Both the position numbers and the translations under genes were made by a program. Source: Candidatus Heimdallarchaeota archaeon (GTDB lineage: Archaea; Asgardarchaeota; Heimdallarchaeia; Heimdallarchaeales; Heimdallarchaeaceae). Taken from it: 64,000 bases of DNA. The notes below the pieces were generated by a model. It was not told the origin of the DNA. It made no database searches and saw nothing but the letters and a program-made list of their open reading frames with translations. The stretch is from contig JAAFKI010000010.1 of the NCBI GenBank assembly GCA_021399345.1, positions 27,046 to 91,045 of the forward strand. The letters are read 5' to 3'. Below, one piece after another: positions 38,739 to 50,146 of this stretch. Position 1 is the first letter of the stretch; every line of letters begins with the position of its first letter.

Positions 38739-39944
38739 TTATTTATATCTCGCGGATGGGTCAGCATCAATATCATTAGCTTCTAATTTTCCAATTCTAG
38801 TATCTTCACCTAATTTGACTTTATCAGCAATGATGTGATCTACACGTCCTCCATCATCAACTTCCACATTATCAGCTCTTAGAATTCCTCTTACTCTAGA
38901 ATTCTCTCCAACATAAACAAATTTGGCAATAGCTTCATCGGCAGTCATGCTACCTTCAATCTTTATCTCATTAGCTTCAAGTGTGGAAGCTGATAAAGAT
39001 CCATTGATTTGTAAATCTCCTTCAAGCTTTAGATTTCCTTCTGCTCCACAAGAACCATTAATAGTTAGTTCATTACCAGCTGCATTATCACCCATTGTAA
39101 AGGCACCATTGACTTTGATAGTATCAAATTTGAAATTTGTTCCAACTTTGGTAGAACCATTTATTTCTAGATTCTGAATTGCTGATTCATCACCAAAACC
39201 ACAAGCTCCATTACAACTTACTGTAGGGGCTACTATGTTTCCTGTGCATTTGAAAGCGCCACCAACATTCAATTCTTTTTCGATTTTTGAAGTTTCTATC
39301 TTTGCTGCTCCTCCAATTTCAACAGAATTTGAAATGAGTTCATAACAGGATAAAGACCCGCCTATATCAACTTCAGGAGCTTCTAGTATTCCCTCAATTT
39401 TAGCAGATCCAGATAATTGAAAATCAGTTTTTACAGTAACATTAGCTTGAGCTTTTAATGATCCATTAACTTCTAGGTCATCAGCACTTAAATCCATTCC
39501 ATGTTTGGCGGATCCATTTATTTCGTATTCACCAACTCGTGCAACACCATGTACAACACAAGATCCATTTATTTCCAAATCATCACAAGAAAGATCTTTT
39601 TCTACTTCTAAGGCTCCTTCTATCTCTGCTTCATTACATTCTAACGAGCCAATAATTTCTAGTACAGAACCATTCCTTACACCTTTACTATGAACTTTCA
39701 CTTCTTGAGCTTTAACATCACCTTCAATCTCAAGAAATCCATTGGAGTGCATAATCTCTTCTGCAGAAACAGATCCTTTGATTATGATATCTCCTCTACT
39801 AAGTAACCTACCATCAACAGTTAATCTTTCAGCACTTTTTGGAACGACAATTGTAGCTCCATCTTGTATTTCTAAATCACCATCAACATGGGTTAGTTCG
39901 ATTTCTTCTTCTTCTTTGACTATTGTTTTTCCCATTTTATTCAC
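38739..39944 (-). CDS. long beta-helical bactofilin-like (polymer-forming) protein
   Basis: About 16-17 aa repeats of the type (L/V)EINGS..V.G.L across most of 401 aa; acidic; no signal peptide. Confidence 0.75.
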   Translation of the reverse strand: MNKMGKTIVKEEEEIELTHVDGDLEIQDGATIVVPKSAERLTVDGRLLSRGDIIIKGSVSAEEIMHSNGFLEIEGDVKAQEVKVHSKGVRNGSVLEIIGSLECNEAEIEGALEVEKDLSCDDLEINGSCVVHGVARVGEYEINGSAKHGMDLSADDLEVNGSLKAQANVTVKTDFQLSGSAKIEGILEAPEVDIGGSLSCYELISNSVEIGGAAKIETSKIEKELNVGGAFKCTGNIVAPTVSCNGACGFGDESAIQNLEINGSTKVGTNFKFDTIKVNGAFTMGDNAAGNELTINGSCGAEGNLKLEGDLQINGSLSASTLEANEIKIEGSMTADEAIAKFVYVGENSRVRGILRADNVEVDDGGRVDHIIADKVKLGEDTRIGKLEANDIDADPSARYK

Positions 39945-40085
39945 TTTGTTTTACTTGTTCCATGCAAATACTCTCTTCTATATTTAAAAAGAAACAACAC
40001 AAGTTGTGACCATAAGGTGTACATTTTCCGTAAAATAGTTGTATATAAATAATAAAGGCTTTTAAAAAAAACAAGATGGTTTCTT

Positions 40086-41906
40086 ATGTCAGATGATTTG
40101 ATTGAAAAATTAGCTCGAATTCCACAGTTTTATATGCCCTCATTAAACCATTCAAAGGATGAAATTGCTTTTTATTGGGATATTACTGGGAGAATTGAAC
40201 TTTATGTAATGAATCTATCCTCTGGTGACTATAAACAAATTAGTAATGGCGAGGTACCAAGAGCACTTAGATCTGGTTATCTGTGGACTAGAGATAATAA
40301 AGGTATTATCTTCGCTAAGGATAAAGATGGTGATGAAAAACACGATCTTTATCTTCTTAATTTAACAACAAAGGAAATAGAACAACTAACCAATACACCT
40401 TCATTCCAGGAACATGTTGCACATTCAAGCCCCGATGGAAAACAATTACTCTTTCGCTCTACTAGAAATGGACAAATGAATTTATTTAGTCTTGATTTTG
40501 AAACCAAAGAAATTAAAGAATTAACCAATTATCCAAGACCTGTTATAGGAGCTTTGTGGAGTCCCCAGAATGACTTCATTGTTTTTGGATATAATGATAC
40601 AGAAAATTTCCAAAATGGTGATATCTGGATTATGGAACCAGACGGTTCAAATCAAAGAAAGCTCTTAAGTTTGAAAATAGGTTCTAGAGATGGCGTAACA
40701 GATATTTCTGAGGATGGGAAACTGCTTGCTGTAACTTCTGATTTTGAAGGGAATTCTAGAGCAGGCGTTTATAATTTAGATACAGATGAGATTAAATGGT
40801 TTGGTGATGGTAAGTATCAAGAATATTCTGGAAAGTTATCAAAGAATAGCGAATTCTTGGTCTGCATTAGAAATTCTAAAGCTACAATCTCTCCCTTAAT
40901 CTATGATTTAGATTCTGGTAAGGTAAGAATCCTTGATTTTCCTCCAGGGATTGCCGCTGGAAATGCAATAACAAGAAATGACGAATCATTGATGGTAACC
41001 TTAAATTCATCTACGAGCCCAAGTAAGTTAATTAAGTATGATTTGAATGAGGATAAGATTGAAGAGCTTATACCTTCTCATCTTGGTGATTTAGATCTTG
41101 ATTTCTTTATAACAGACGATTATGTTGAATATCCATCAACAGATAATCTTACTATAGGTGCTGTACTTTACAAACCAAAAAATATCGAAATGGGTAAGAA
41201 ATTACCTGCACTAGTACAAGTACATGGTGGTCCCACTAGTCAGTATCTCCGAAATTTCAGTATGTTTGATCAGATACTTGTCAACAATGGTTTCGTTATT
41301 CTCAAACCTAATTTTCGCGGTTCAACAGGGTATGGTAGAGATTTTCAAGACTTAAACGTCGAGGATATAGGTGGTGGCGATTTTGAGGATGTTGTTGCTG
41401 GTGTTGATTATCTAAAAACTCTAGATTATGTTGATTCTAGTAGAATAGGTATCTTTGGTGGTTCATATGGTGGATATATGACTTTTTGGGCTACTGTAAA
41501 GAAACCAGATATTTGGAAAGCTGGTGCTGCAAGCGTTGGTATAACAGACTGGAAATTGCTATATGACGAAAGCATGCCTCATTTCAAATACTATCTTCAT
41601 ATGATGTTTGGAAAACCTGATGAAAAAGGGGACCTTTACAAGGAACGCTCCCCAATTCATTTTGTAGAAAATCTAAAGACACCTCTACTAATTGTTCATG
41701 GTACTCATGATCCACGCTGTCCAATAACCCAAGCAAGAATCTATAAAGACAAAATGTTGGAGCTAGGTTGGAAAGAAGGAACTGAAGGAGAAAAAGCCTT
41801 TGAGTATGTAGAACATACCGATATTGGTCACGGTGGTTTCACCGATCAAGAATTCCGAATTCGGTCATTCAAGACAATATTAGATTTCTTTAAAAGAAGA
41901 TTATAA
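40086..41906 (+). CDS. S9 family acylaminoacyl/prolyl oligopeptidase with beta-propeller
   Basis: VHGGP, PNFRGSTGYG, GGSYGG, HGTHDPRC, GHG. Confidence 0.95.
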   Translation: MSDDLIEKLARIPQFYMPSLNHSKDEIAFYWDITGRIELYVMNLSSGDYKQISNGEVPRALRSGYLWTRDNKGIIFAKDKDGDEKHDLYLLNLTTKEIEQLTNTPSFQEHVAHSSPDGKQLLFRSTRNGQMNLFSLDFETKEIKELTNYPRPVIGALWSPQNDFIVFGYNDTENFQNGDIWIMEPDGSNQRKLLSLKIGSRDGVTDISEDGKLLAVTSDFEGNSRAGVYNLDTDEIKWFGDGKYQEYSGKLSKNSEFLVCIRNSKATISPLIYDLDSGKVRILDFPPGIAAGNAITRNDESLMVTLNSSTSPSKLIKYDLNEDKIEELIPSHLGDLDLDFFITDDYVEYPSTDNLTIGAVLYKPKNIEMGKKLPALVQVHGGPTSQYLRNFSMFDQILVNNGFVILKPNFRGSTGYGRDFQDLNVEDIGGGDFEDVVAGVDYLKTLDYVDSSRIGIFGGSYGGYMTFWATVKKPDIWKAGAASVGITDWKLLYDESMPHFKYYLHMMFGKPDEKGDLYKERSPIHFVENLKTPLLIVHGTHDPRCPITQARIYKDKMLELGWKEGTEGEKAFEYVEHTDIGHGGFTDQEFRIRSFKTILDFFKRRL

Positions 41907-41933
41907 TTAGGGGAATCCCATTCAATTATTTTT

Positions 41934-43751
41934 TTAATCTGTTTGAGTAGTAAGGGAATCTGCTCTTGTTTTAACAATCTTTTCTTCCCACAACCTTCTC
42001 ATTTCAACACTTGTTTCTAATAAGTCGTCTAATTTACCTTGAGCATCTATTTTTCCATCTTTCAATACAATAACATTATCAGCTCTTCGAAGTGCTATGG
42101 GGCGGTGAGAGACAGCTAAACAAGTTGATACTCCACTTCTGTCAAAAACTCTTTTCCAGAGTTTTTGTTCTGTTTCAACATCAAGAGCACTTGATAGATC
42201 ATCAAAAATATATATTTCTGAATCTCTTGCAAACATTCTTGCTGCCGCTAATCGTTGTCTTTGACCTCCTGATAGTTTGACACCTTTTGGACCAATTAAT
42301 GTATCCAAGCCTTTCTCGAAATCTAAAACTTCCTTATCAATTACAGCCAGTTTCAAGGAATCTTCAATATCAACAGATTCCTCAGGTAATCCCATTAGTA
42401 TATTATCTTTAACTGTCTCACTAAAGAGACGTGGAACTTGTGATGTAAAAGCTGTTATTGGTGGTACAAAGAATTCATCTGGTTTTTCAACCTCCTTCCC
42501 ATTCCACAGAAGCAACCCTTCATCCTTTGGTAGTAAACCAATTAAAGTTCGTAGGAGAGTAGTTTTCCCTGAACCTATTCTACCTGTGATTACTGTAAAC
42601 GATCCTTTAGCTAATGAAAGACTAACATCCTTGATACCTTTATCTGAATCTGGATAAGTATAGGATAGATTCTTTACCTCAAAATTCACCAATTTGTTTT
42701 CTTCATCAATGTTCAACGCTTGTATTTTTGGATATGTTTCTTTGATATAGATTGGACCATGCCTAACCAAATTAAATTCTGTGACTTCAGAATCTTCACT
42801 CTTTATTAGCTTAAACATCCTTTCAAGTGAAACTTTAGTACGCATGTATCTTGGAACCATGTCTCCCATGTCCCAGATGAATTCTCCAAGTTCCCCTAAT
42901 AACACAACAAAAAATGCTAAATCACCTACTGAAAACAAACCACTTTGCATGTTATTTCCAACAAGCAACAGTATGGTACCTATTCCCAAATAGACTGTAA
43001 CATAGTAAATGGAGTGAATTAAACGATGGAAGAATTCATCTTTTACTTCAGCTATTTTTCTCTTTCTATTAATCTCACCAAAATAATCGAGTACATGATA
43101 TTCAGCTGTTGCAACCTTAATTGATTGGACCGATCTGAAGATTTCTCCGATTGTTCGTGTTACTGCGCCTGCAGCTTTTCGACGATCTTTTCTTAGCCTT
43201 GTAAAAATTGGTCTTGTAAAGAAAACCAATATCATCATAAACAAAAATGGAATACTTACAAATGCTGTTACTTTCCAGTTAATATCTCTCATAAGATAGA
43301 AGGATATTCCTGTAAAGATACCTAAGCTAAAGAAGGATGTAAGGTGATACACAAACCACATAACCTCTTCTATATCTCCTCTGAATCTGGAAACAGCTTC
43401 TCCTGGTGAATCAGGAAGTGCAACAGCTCCTGGTTTCTTGAAAATTCCAAGTAACATATTTCTCCTAATTAGTATTCTACTAGCTAGAATGAAAACCCAC
43501 ATTGTGAAAATGAAAACAAAATCTCCAACAAGTCGCATAGTTAGGGTTAGAGGAAGAACTAGAAGTACTAAAACCCAAATATTGACAACTATATTCCAAC
43601 CTGCTATCCCCTCTAGTTGTTTGAAAATCTCTCTAGCTATTATAGCTGCTGCTAAGGGTTGAAGGAAGAACAATATATCTGAGAGAAAACCTGCAAAAAC
43701 CAATCCTGGTTTATAACGCAACATTCTCCAAGATAACCTTAATACTTTCAT
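41934..43751 (-). CDS. heterodimeric ABC exporter subunit (TMD-NBD)
   Basis: [13 protein letters not shown], degenerate Walker B FDD. Confidence 0.93.
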   Translation of the reverse strand: MKVLRLSWRMLRYKPGLVFAGFLSDILFFLQPLAAAIIAREIFKQLEGIAGWNIVVNIWVLVLLVLPLTLTMRLVGDFVFIFTMWVFILASRILIRRNMLLGIFKKPGAVALPDSPGEAVSRFRGDIEEVMWFVYHLTSFFSLGIFTGISFYLMRDINWKVTAFVSIPFLFMMILVFFTRPIFTRLRKDRRKAAGAVTRTIGEIFRSVQSIKVATAEYHVLDYFGEINRKRKIAEVKDEFFHRLIHSIYYVTVYLGIGTILLLVGNNMQSGLFSVGDLAFFVVLLGELGEFIWDMGDMVPRYMRTKVSLERMFKLIKSEDSEVTEFNLVRHGPIYIKETYPKIQALNIDEENKLVNFEVKNLSYTYPDSDKGIKDVSLSLAKGSFTVITGRIGSGKTTLLRTLIGLLPKDEGLLLWNGKEVEKPDEFFVPPITAFTSQVPRLFSETVKDNILMGLPEESVDIEDSLKLAVIDKEVLDFEKGLDTLIGPKGVKLSGGQRQRLAAARMFARDSEIYIFDDLSSALDVETEQKLWKRVFDRSGVSTCLAVSHRPIALRRADNVIVLKDGKIDAQGKLDDLLETSVEMRRLWEEKIVKTRADSLTTQTD

Positions 43752-45565
43752 TTCAACAACTCCTCAATTTCTCCAGTTTGTAGCAATTGATAGAATTTTG
43801 ATTTTGTATCATTTGCTAGCTCCTCTCTTTTTCCATATTCGATTATTTTCCCTTTATCAATAAGCAGAACATCATCAACTTTTTCCAGTGTTGCTAGCCG
43901 ATGAGCGATTAATATACCTGTTCTATTAATAAGCAATTTTTCGATAGCTTGGTCAAGCAAATGCTCTGTAGCAGGATCTAGTCTTGATGAAGCTTCATCT
44001 AAAACAACTAAATTTGGGCTCTTAATGAATACTCTAGCTAAAGCTAACAGTTGAGCTTCACCAGCAGAAATTCCTTGCTCACTAGATGAAATAATTGTGT
44101 CTAAACCTTCTGGGAGCTTTTCCAACCAATTTCCTAGACCAATATCAAGCAGAATTGATTCAATGCGAATATCTGGTATTCTATTATCAAATAGTGTTAC
44201 ATTTTCTCTAACCGAAGCTTGGAATAACTCCACATTTTGTGTTACATAAGAGACTTTATCTCTTAAGTCCAGAAGTGATAAATCAGCAATTTTTGTATCA
44301 TTTAATTTAATATTTCCATCACTTTGTTTTGTATCATATAATCTGAAGATAAGTCTGGAAATTGTTGTTTTGCCACTACCTGTGTGTCCAACAATCCCCA
44401 AAGTTTGTCCAGGTTCAAGTTTGAAAGAGATATTCCTAAGAACGTAATCGTCTTCATTATAAGCAAAACTTAGATTATCAAATTCAATAGCTAAGGGACC
44501 AGATGATAATTTTTCTTTACCAATATCCTGAATCTTTGTTTCCATTTCAAACAATTTGTTGATTCTGTCAATTGATGCCCCTGCTCTTTGAAGATCTTGC
44601 ATTTGTCGTGTAATAACAAATATGGGTCGAAGCAATATCCCAGCAAATATTTGAATTAAGAATACTGTACCTAAAGATATCACACCTGTTTTAACCAAAG
44701 GAATACTTGGAGCGAAAATCAGTGTGTTGATGATAGCGATAACTACCCATATAGACATTACAAAGACTTGACCTCGAAATAAAGCTCTGCGAAAAGCTTT
44801 GAAATCCTTTCTAGATGCATTATGAAACTTGCGCATGACATTATCCACACCTGCATTAGCACGGATGTCTTCTATTGCACTCAAGCTTTCTTCTATGGTT
44901 CCATACATATCTGCACTTGTTTGTCTTTGATTTTCCCAGGCTTTAACTGAGAAGTTTCTAAGAACATACATTACAATTATTGCCAAAATTGTGAAGGCTG
45001 TAAATGAAATTCCTATTATCCAATGTTTAGTGTATAATACTGCAAGAGATCCAATGATTACGAGTAGTGATGTAATTAACTGAACTGAGAATTGTGACAA
45101 GAAAGTAGCTAAGGTGTTTACGTCACCGTCAATTCTTTCAATCATCTCTCCTGGTTTATGTTCATTATGAAATGTCATATCTAAATTTACACAATGTTTG
45201 GTTAAATCGAATCTAAGCATGTTTGTTGCCGACCATGAAAGATTTTGACTCAAATAAACTGACCCTAAGGTAATCAACTGTTGAGTAACCATCAGAACGA
45301 TATATGCACCTGCTAACAATAATAGAACTCGATTAATTGAATTTAGACTTACAATAGGAATCTGTTTTCCTACCCAAAACACATTTATGTCTTGAATTGG
45401 GAAACCTCTGGTCGCTAAATCAATGAATCTCTCAATGATTAAAGGTGAGAAAATTAGTAGAACGGTTCCACTACTTAATAGGAAAGCTAACAATAACACC
45501 CTTCTCTTGAAAGGTGCTAGGTACTTCTTCTGTACCTCCCAATATTTTTGTAGTGGAATTTTCAT
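43748..45565 (-). CDS. heterodimeric ABC exporter subunit (TMD-NBD)
   Basis: GHTGSGKT, degenerate signature ISAGE, LDEA, IAHR; ATGA overlap with partner. Confidence 0.93.
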   Translation of the reverse strand: MKIPLQKYWEVQKKYLAPFKRRVLLLAFLLSSGTVLLIFSPLIIERFIDLATRGFPIQDINVFWVGKQIPIVSLNSINRVLLLLAGAYIVLMVTQQLITLGSVYLSQNLSWSATNMLRFDLTKHCVNLDMTFHNEHKPGEMIERIDGDVNTLATFLSQFSVQLITSLLVIIGSLAVLYTKHWIIGISFTAFTILAIIVMYVLRNFSVKAWENQRQTSADMYGTIEESLSAIEDIRANAGVDNVMRKFHNASRKDFKAFRRALFRGQVFVMSIWVVIAIINTLIFAPSIPLVKTGVISLGTVFLIQIFAGILLRPIFVITRQMQDLQRAGASIDRINKLFEMETKIQDIGKEKLSSGPLAIEFDNLSFAYNEDDYVLRNISFKLEPGQTLGIVGHTGSGKTTISRLIFRLYDTKQSDGNIKLNDTKIADLSLLDLRDKVSYVTQNVELFQASVRENVTLFDNRIPDIRIESILLDIGLGNWLEKLPEGLDTIISSSEQGISAGEAQLLALARVFIKSPNLVVLDEASSRLDPATEHLLDQAIEKLLINRTGILIAHRLATLEKVDDVLLIDKGKIIEYGKREELANDTKSKFYQLLQTGEIEELLK

Positions 45566-45650
45566 AGTCTTGGTTATTCGACAGAAGAGACTTATAAATT
45601 TAATTTTAATCGTTTGAAATAAAAAAGAAGATTTCTTGCTGTTGCAAGAG

Positions 45651-46385
45651 TTATTTTTCTGGTAATCTGGGTCTTATTGTTAGATAAAGCAAACCACCAA
45701 ATAAAGGAACGCAGAATAAAATAAAGAGTTTCAAATTCTTCCATTCTCTTCTCTTCATGTCGCTCCAAATAATTATTGGGTAGAACAAGGTTAACAATGC
45801 AAAATCAATTGTCATTACCTGTATGAGCCGAACATTTAGAAAACTATCTGCAAAAACTCCCCATTTCCCATAGATACTAGCTGCAATTATCCCATACATT
45901 GCAATAGCCCTAGTGAGTTCGGACAAAATAATCCCTAAGGTGCGTGAATCAAATATTTTTGTGAACCATGTTTTTTTAGTCTTAGGGTTCTCCTTCTTCA
46001 CTCCTCTTAATGCGAAGTATGGCATCATCCCATACATTCCTAGCCCAAATGCCACTAATACAAAGGGCCAAGCAGGAATGAATCTTTCTCTACTTTCTAT
46101 AAAGAGTATTGCAGCGTAAAGTAAAGCCCAGAGTCCTACAATCATAAAAATGCTCCACTCTAGTGGATTAGTTTTACCGTAAACAAAGTTAAAATCTCCA
46201 AAGCCTGGATCACCATCTTGTTTAGCTGGTGCCCATATAAACATGTATAGAAGGGAACCAACCCATAATACTAGAAATAGCAAATTCGGACTTAGAAATT
46301 TCTTCCATGGAATACTAAATTCTTTGATAGATGATAGTAAGTTTCTTTGTTTTTGTTCAATTAATTCTTTTTTTGAATTTTCCAT
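45651..46385 (-). CDS. multi-pass membrane protein of unknown function
   Basis: About 6 TM segments with an internal repeat-like pattern (PYFALR / LYLTIRP). Confidence 0.7.
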   Translation of the reverse strand: MENSKKELIEQKQRNLLSSIKEFSIPWKKFLSPNLLFLVLWVGSLLYMFIWAPAKQDGDPGFGDFNFVYGKTNPLEWSIFMIVGLWALLYAAILFIESRERFIPAWPFVLVAFGLGMYGMMPYFALRGVKKENPKTKKTWFTKIFDSRTLGIILSELTRAIAMYGIIAASIYGKWGVFADSFLNVRLIQVMTIDFALLTLFYPIIIWSDMKRREWKNLKLFILFCVPLFGGLLYLTIRPRLPEK

Positions 46386-46410
46386 TTCAATATCTCCTTA
46401 TGAGATTAAA

Positions 46411-47049
46411 TCATGTATTGAATGCTCTGTCACCCGCATCTCCTAAACCAGGAACAATGTACCCCTTTTCATTAAGTTCTTCATCAATTGCTCCAGCAAT
46501 TATTATCACTTCAGGGAATTCTTTCAGTAATCTTTCTGTACCAAATCGAGATGCTATTGCACATAGAATGATTATTTTGAGAGGTTTTTGCTCTTTGATT
46601 TGTTGGAGTGTAAAAAGTAATGTTGAACCACTTGCTAAAATTGGATCAACAACTATTGCTATCTTATCTTCAAGATATGGAATGCTCGTGTATGTACAAT
46701 CAATTCGAAAATCTCTTCCGTCTTCTTTGAGTTGTTTTCCTCTAGACGCAGATATTACTCCAACTTTAGCTTCTGGGAGAACCTCTAATACTCCTTCAGA
46801 CATGGGTAGTGCTGCTCTTAAAATTGTAATAATTACAGTGTTTTTCTTTATTTTTCTAAAATTACTTGTTCCAAAAGGTGTTTCAACTGGTAAAACTACT
46901 GTTTCCAAAAACATAGCAGATTCATAAGCCAAGTAATTACCAATTCGTTTAAGGCTTATCCTGAAATCTGCAGGATTTGTTTGTTTATTCCTTAACCTAC
47001 CTACAATTTCGGAAATTAGAGTGCTAGTTTCACTACCGTTAATTAACAT
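46411..47049 (-). CDS. upp: uracil phosphoribosyltransferase
   Basis: ILRAA, VDPILASGST, DEELNEKGYIVPGLGDAGDR. Confidence 0.96.
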   Translation of the reverse strand: MLINGSETSTLISEIVGRLRNKQTNPADFRISLKRIGNYLAYESAMFLETVVLPVETPFGTSNFRKIKKNTVIITILRAALPMSEGVLEVLPEAKVGVISASRGKQLKEDGRDFRIDCTYTSIPYLEDKIAIVVDPILASGSTLLFTLQQIKEQKPLKIIILCAIASRFGTERLLKEFPEVIIIAGAIDEELNEKGYIVPGLGDAGDRAFNT

Positions 47050-47151
47050 TCAATCAATAGTATAAATTAGCTAGATTAAATATATTTTTCAAAAACAAAA
47101 GATAATTTAAGAGGATAAAAGTAATATACTTAATTTGGTTTATTTACCTTT

Positions 47152-47904
47152 GTGGCCTCTCATTCCAAAAATGGTTTCTTATTGATTCATGGATTAGGCA
47201 GTAATTGTACTGTAATGAGGCCATTGGAGGATTTCCTAACAAATAAAGGTTTTAAGGTTCTCAACATCACTCTTCCGGGTCATAATACTTCCTCAAAGGA
47301 TTTACTAAAGATTGGCTGGCAAGATTGGGTACATTATTGTCAAGGAAAACTAGAGCTTCTCATGGAAGAATGTCCAACAACTTTCATTGTTGGAACTTCC
47401 TTAGGTGGTGTCCTTGCACTCTATTTAGCTGCAATAAATCCTGAGTTGAGTGGAGTAATAAGTTGTGCAACAGCTGTAAAACCCTATAATTTCCTATCAT
47501 GGTTTGTTGTAAATTTCAGATTCATACATTATTTTGTTCGCTGGATAAAAATTGAGAAAATAAGTTCAAAATTTATTGGTAATCCACAAAATTGGGAGGC
47601 TTACAAGAAAATACCTGTGAAGAGTCTTGTAGAAATTGCAAAATTACTAGATGAGCTTAATCCCATTCTGGGAAATATTAAACAGCCCATATTAATTGTT
47701 CATAGTGAGAATGATGAAGCTGTATCAATAAAAGGTATAACGCAAATTACTTCTTCAATCAGTTCGAAGGACCAAAGCATTGCTAGAATAAGCAAAGGTG
47801 GCCATGTAATTATGTTAGATGAAGGTTGTACCCAGGCTCTTACAGAAATAGAAAACTGGATAGATGTGAGAATATCGAAAATTGATTTTAATTTATTTAA
47901 TTAG
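47152..47904 (+). CDS. alpha/beta hydrolase, carboxylesterase / monoacylglycerol lipase type
   Basis: LIHG, LPGH, GTSLGG, HSENDEAV, GGH. Confidence 0.9.
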   Translation: MASHSKNGFLLIHGLGSNCTVMRPLEDFLTNKGFKVLNITLPGHNTSSKDLLKIGWQDWVHYCQGKLELLMEECPTTFIVGTSLGGVLALYLAAINPELSGVISCATAVKPYNFLSWFVVNFRFIHYFVRWIKIEKISSKFIGNPQNWEAYKKIPVKSLVEIAKLLDELNPILGNIKQPILIVHSENDEAVSIKGITQITSSISSKDQSIARISKGGHVIMLDEGCTQALTEIENWIDVRISKIDFNLFN

Positions 47905-47955
47905 ATATATAAGTGTGATAATGGTTTTTTACATATTAAGACTTGTAACGTAGGA

Positions 47956-49038
47956 TTGAGTATTATGACTGAAAAATTTGATATTAATCAAATCAAAGTA
48001 GAACAAGCTAACTTGTTGAATTATACAAAAGAAGATTGGAATCTATATCACGAGTATAGAAGAATTAGACATTCTGAAGCAAATCCTGATGATCCTTTTG
48101 TTGATGATGAATCTACAGAAAAATCTCTGAAGATGCAAGTAAATCATCCTGAATTTGATTTTCAATTCTCTGCTATTATTGATAGTTCGACAAACAAATT
48201 TGTAGGTAGAGTTGTTTATGGCGGATTCCGTGAAACATCAGCATCTTACGAAGGTAATAAACATTTACTACAATTTGATTTAGTTCTTCTGAAAAAATAT
48301 CGGAACAGGGGAATTGAAACTATAGCAATGAAGCAAATATATGAATATGGAAAGAAGAAGAGCAAATCTATTCTAATTTCAGGTTCAGATGAAGAAGATG
48401 GAAAAGCTTTTCTAAAGGCAATTGGTGCTCAAACGGCTCTAGCAGGCATTGAAAATCGTTTAAAAATGGAAGAAGTTGATTGGAGCATGATTGAAACATG
48501 GGTTAAGGAAGGTCCAGAACGTTCTCCAGATACAAAACTTAAGCTAGTCTATTCCATCCCTGATGATATTCTTGAGAAGTATTGCACAGTATATACTGAG
48601 ACACTTAATCAACAACCTCTTGGAGATCTCGATGTGAACGATATTGTTTATACTCCTGAACTTTTCAGAGATACAGAAAAACGAAGAGAAGCGCTTGGAA
48701 GAAAGCATATAACTTTCTATACCATAGAGCCGAATGAGGATATATCAGGGTTAACTGAGATGGAATACCGACCTGAAAGGGAGACTATTGTCGAACAACT
48801 TCTCACTGGTGTACAAGAAAAGTATCGTGGCCGTGGTCTTGGAAAATGGTTGAAAGCTGAGATGTTGCTAAAGGTAAAGGAAGAATTTCCAAAAGCAAAT
48901 ATCATTTCAACAGGAAATGCAACAATTAATGCCCCAATGCTTTCCATTAATGATCGACTTGGATTTAAACCTCATAAAGAGGGAATTACTGCTCAACTGA
49001 CACTAGAAAATCTAGAAAAATACTTGGAAGATAAATAA
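47956..49038 (+). CDS. tandem GNAT acetyltransferase
   Basis: YRNRGI and TGVQEKYRGRGLGKWLKA, NAPMLSINDRLGF. Confidence 0.9.
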   Translation: MSIMTEKFDINQIKVEQANLLNYTKEDWNLYHEYRRIRHSEANPDDPFVDDESTEKSLKMQVNHPEFDFQFSAIIDSSTNKFVGRVVYGGFRETSASYEGNKHLLQFDLVLLKKYRNRGIETIAMKQIYEYGKKKSKSILISGSDEEDGKAFLKAIGAQTALAGIENRLKMEEVDWSMIETWVKEGPERSPDTKLKLVYSIPDDILEKYCTVYTETLNQQPLGDLDVNDIVYTPELFRDTEKRREALGRKHITFYTIEPNEDISGLTEMEYRPERETIVEQLLTGVQEKYRGRGLGKWLKAEMLLKVKEEFPKANIISTGNATINAPMLSINDRLGFKPHKEGITAQLTLENLEKYLEDK

Positions 49039-49074
49039 ATTACTTATTTTCTCTTTTTTATTATATGTAAATAG

Positions 49075-50076
49075 TTATTTCTTAAACTTGACTTTACCAA
49101 ATTTAGCAATCCAGTCATTTTCATCATGCTTTTCCAACAGAAAAATATTGTCCAGATGTTCTCTGAGGAAATACACTTCCTTACCAAGTTCCTCAGCAAA
49201 TTTAACTTCTATATACACCCCTCTCCCAACAAAGTGTCCATTATCGAGTTCTATTGCTGAAAAGATAACTATGTCACTTTTACTCAAAAGATCGAGACAT
49301 TTCTTCATTATTTCCTTTCCTGAAGAATCTTTCCATTTTTTCTCATATTTGGCAGGATTAATTATATCTACTTCTGGAAATATTTTTTTTATAAGCTTTA
49401 GTTCTCTCTTCTCTTGTCTTTTCCCATAAATATTCATGGAATGAGCATAATATATCTGTGGAATGATTCTGTATTGTTTCCGTTTATACAATTCTAGAAG
49501 TATACACGCCGTATAAAAAGCATCATAATTCGCTCTATGCTCTTCAAACTCCCCAATCTTCTCTTCAAGTTCTTTGTTAATAATGATGCCTTCTGTATTT
49601 TTACTTAGAAGTTTTCTCCTTGAATGAGCCAATTTGTAATTTCTGTTTTTATATTTCTTGCCAGGAGGTCTAAGGTAACCTGATGCAGATAACATTACGC
49701 ATGGAGCTGTTTTTGTTTTACTGCTTTCTTCGTTAATATTCCATGGATTATGCCTAAGAAACTTATCAAAATCAAATGCATTATTATATGCTGCAACAAA
49801 TTTACCAGAAAGAATCTGGCGTACTTCTTCAATTACTATCGTTAAATCTTTCTCGGCATTTTGTATTCCATCAACTGATAGAACACCTTTTCTGAATATC
49901 CATGAGTTGAGTAAGTTATCATCCCATGTGCTTGTGTCATAATGGATTATTGAGTGGTACACTTGTGTTATTTTTTGTTTTAACACATTTGCTCGCATTA
50001 TGGCAATTTCAACAACAAGATCTTTAGGTAATCCTGCAAGACCCGTGGTCTCAATGTCCACTACATAGATATCCAT
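49075..50076 (-). CDS. DEDDh 3'-5' exonuclease fused to a nucleoside-deoxyribosyltransferase-like domain
   Basis: DIETTG, YNNAFD, HRANYDA; C-terminal IYYAHS...INP...SDIVIF...GRGVYIEV..A..LGKEV. Confidence 0.8.
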   Translation of the reverse strand: MDIYVVDIETTGLAGLPKDLVVEIAIMRANVLKQKITQVYHSIIHYDTSTWDDNLLNSWIFRKGVLSVDGIQNAEKDLTIVIEEVRQILSGKFVAAYNNAFDFDKFLRHNPWNINEESSKTKTAPCVMLSASGYLRPPGKKYKNRNYKLAHSRRKLLSKNTEGIIINKELEEKIGEFEEHRANYDAFYTACILLELYKRKQYRIIPQIYYAHSMNIYGKRQEKRELKLIKKIFPEVDIINPAKYEKKWKDSSGKEIMKKCLDLLSKSDIVIFSAIELDNGHFVGRGVYIEVKFAEELGKEVYFLREHLDNIFLLEKHDENDWIAKFGKVKFKK

Positions 50077-50146
50077 TATGATAAGAAAATCTTCTGCTTC
50101 TTTAAGGTTTTACCCCTCCTCAAGGAAAGTGAAAAAAATAAGAATA

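Noticed and set aside
41934-45565. Degenerate ABC motifs (FDD, ISAGE) as pseudogenisation or novelty
   Set aside because: Normal for heterodimeric exporters with one degenerate nucleotide-binding site.
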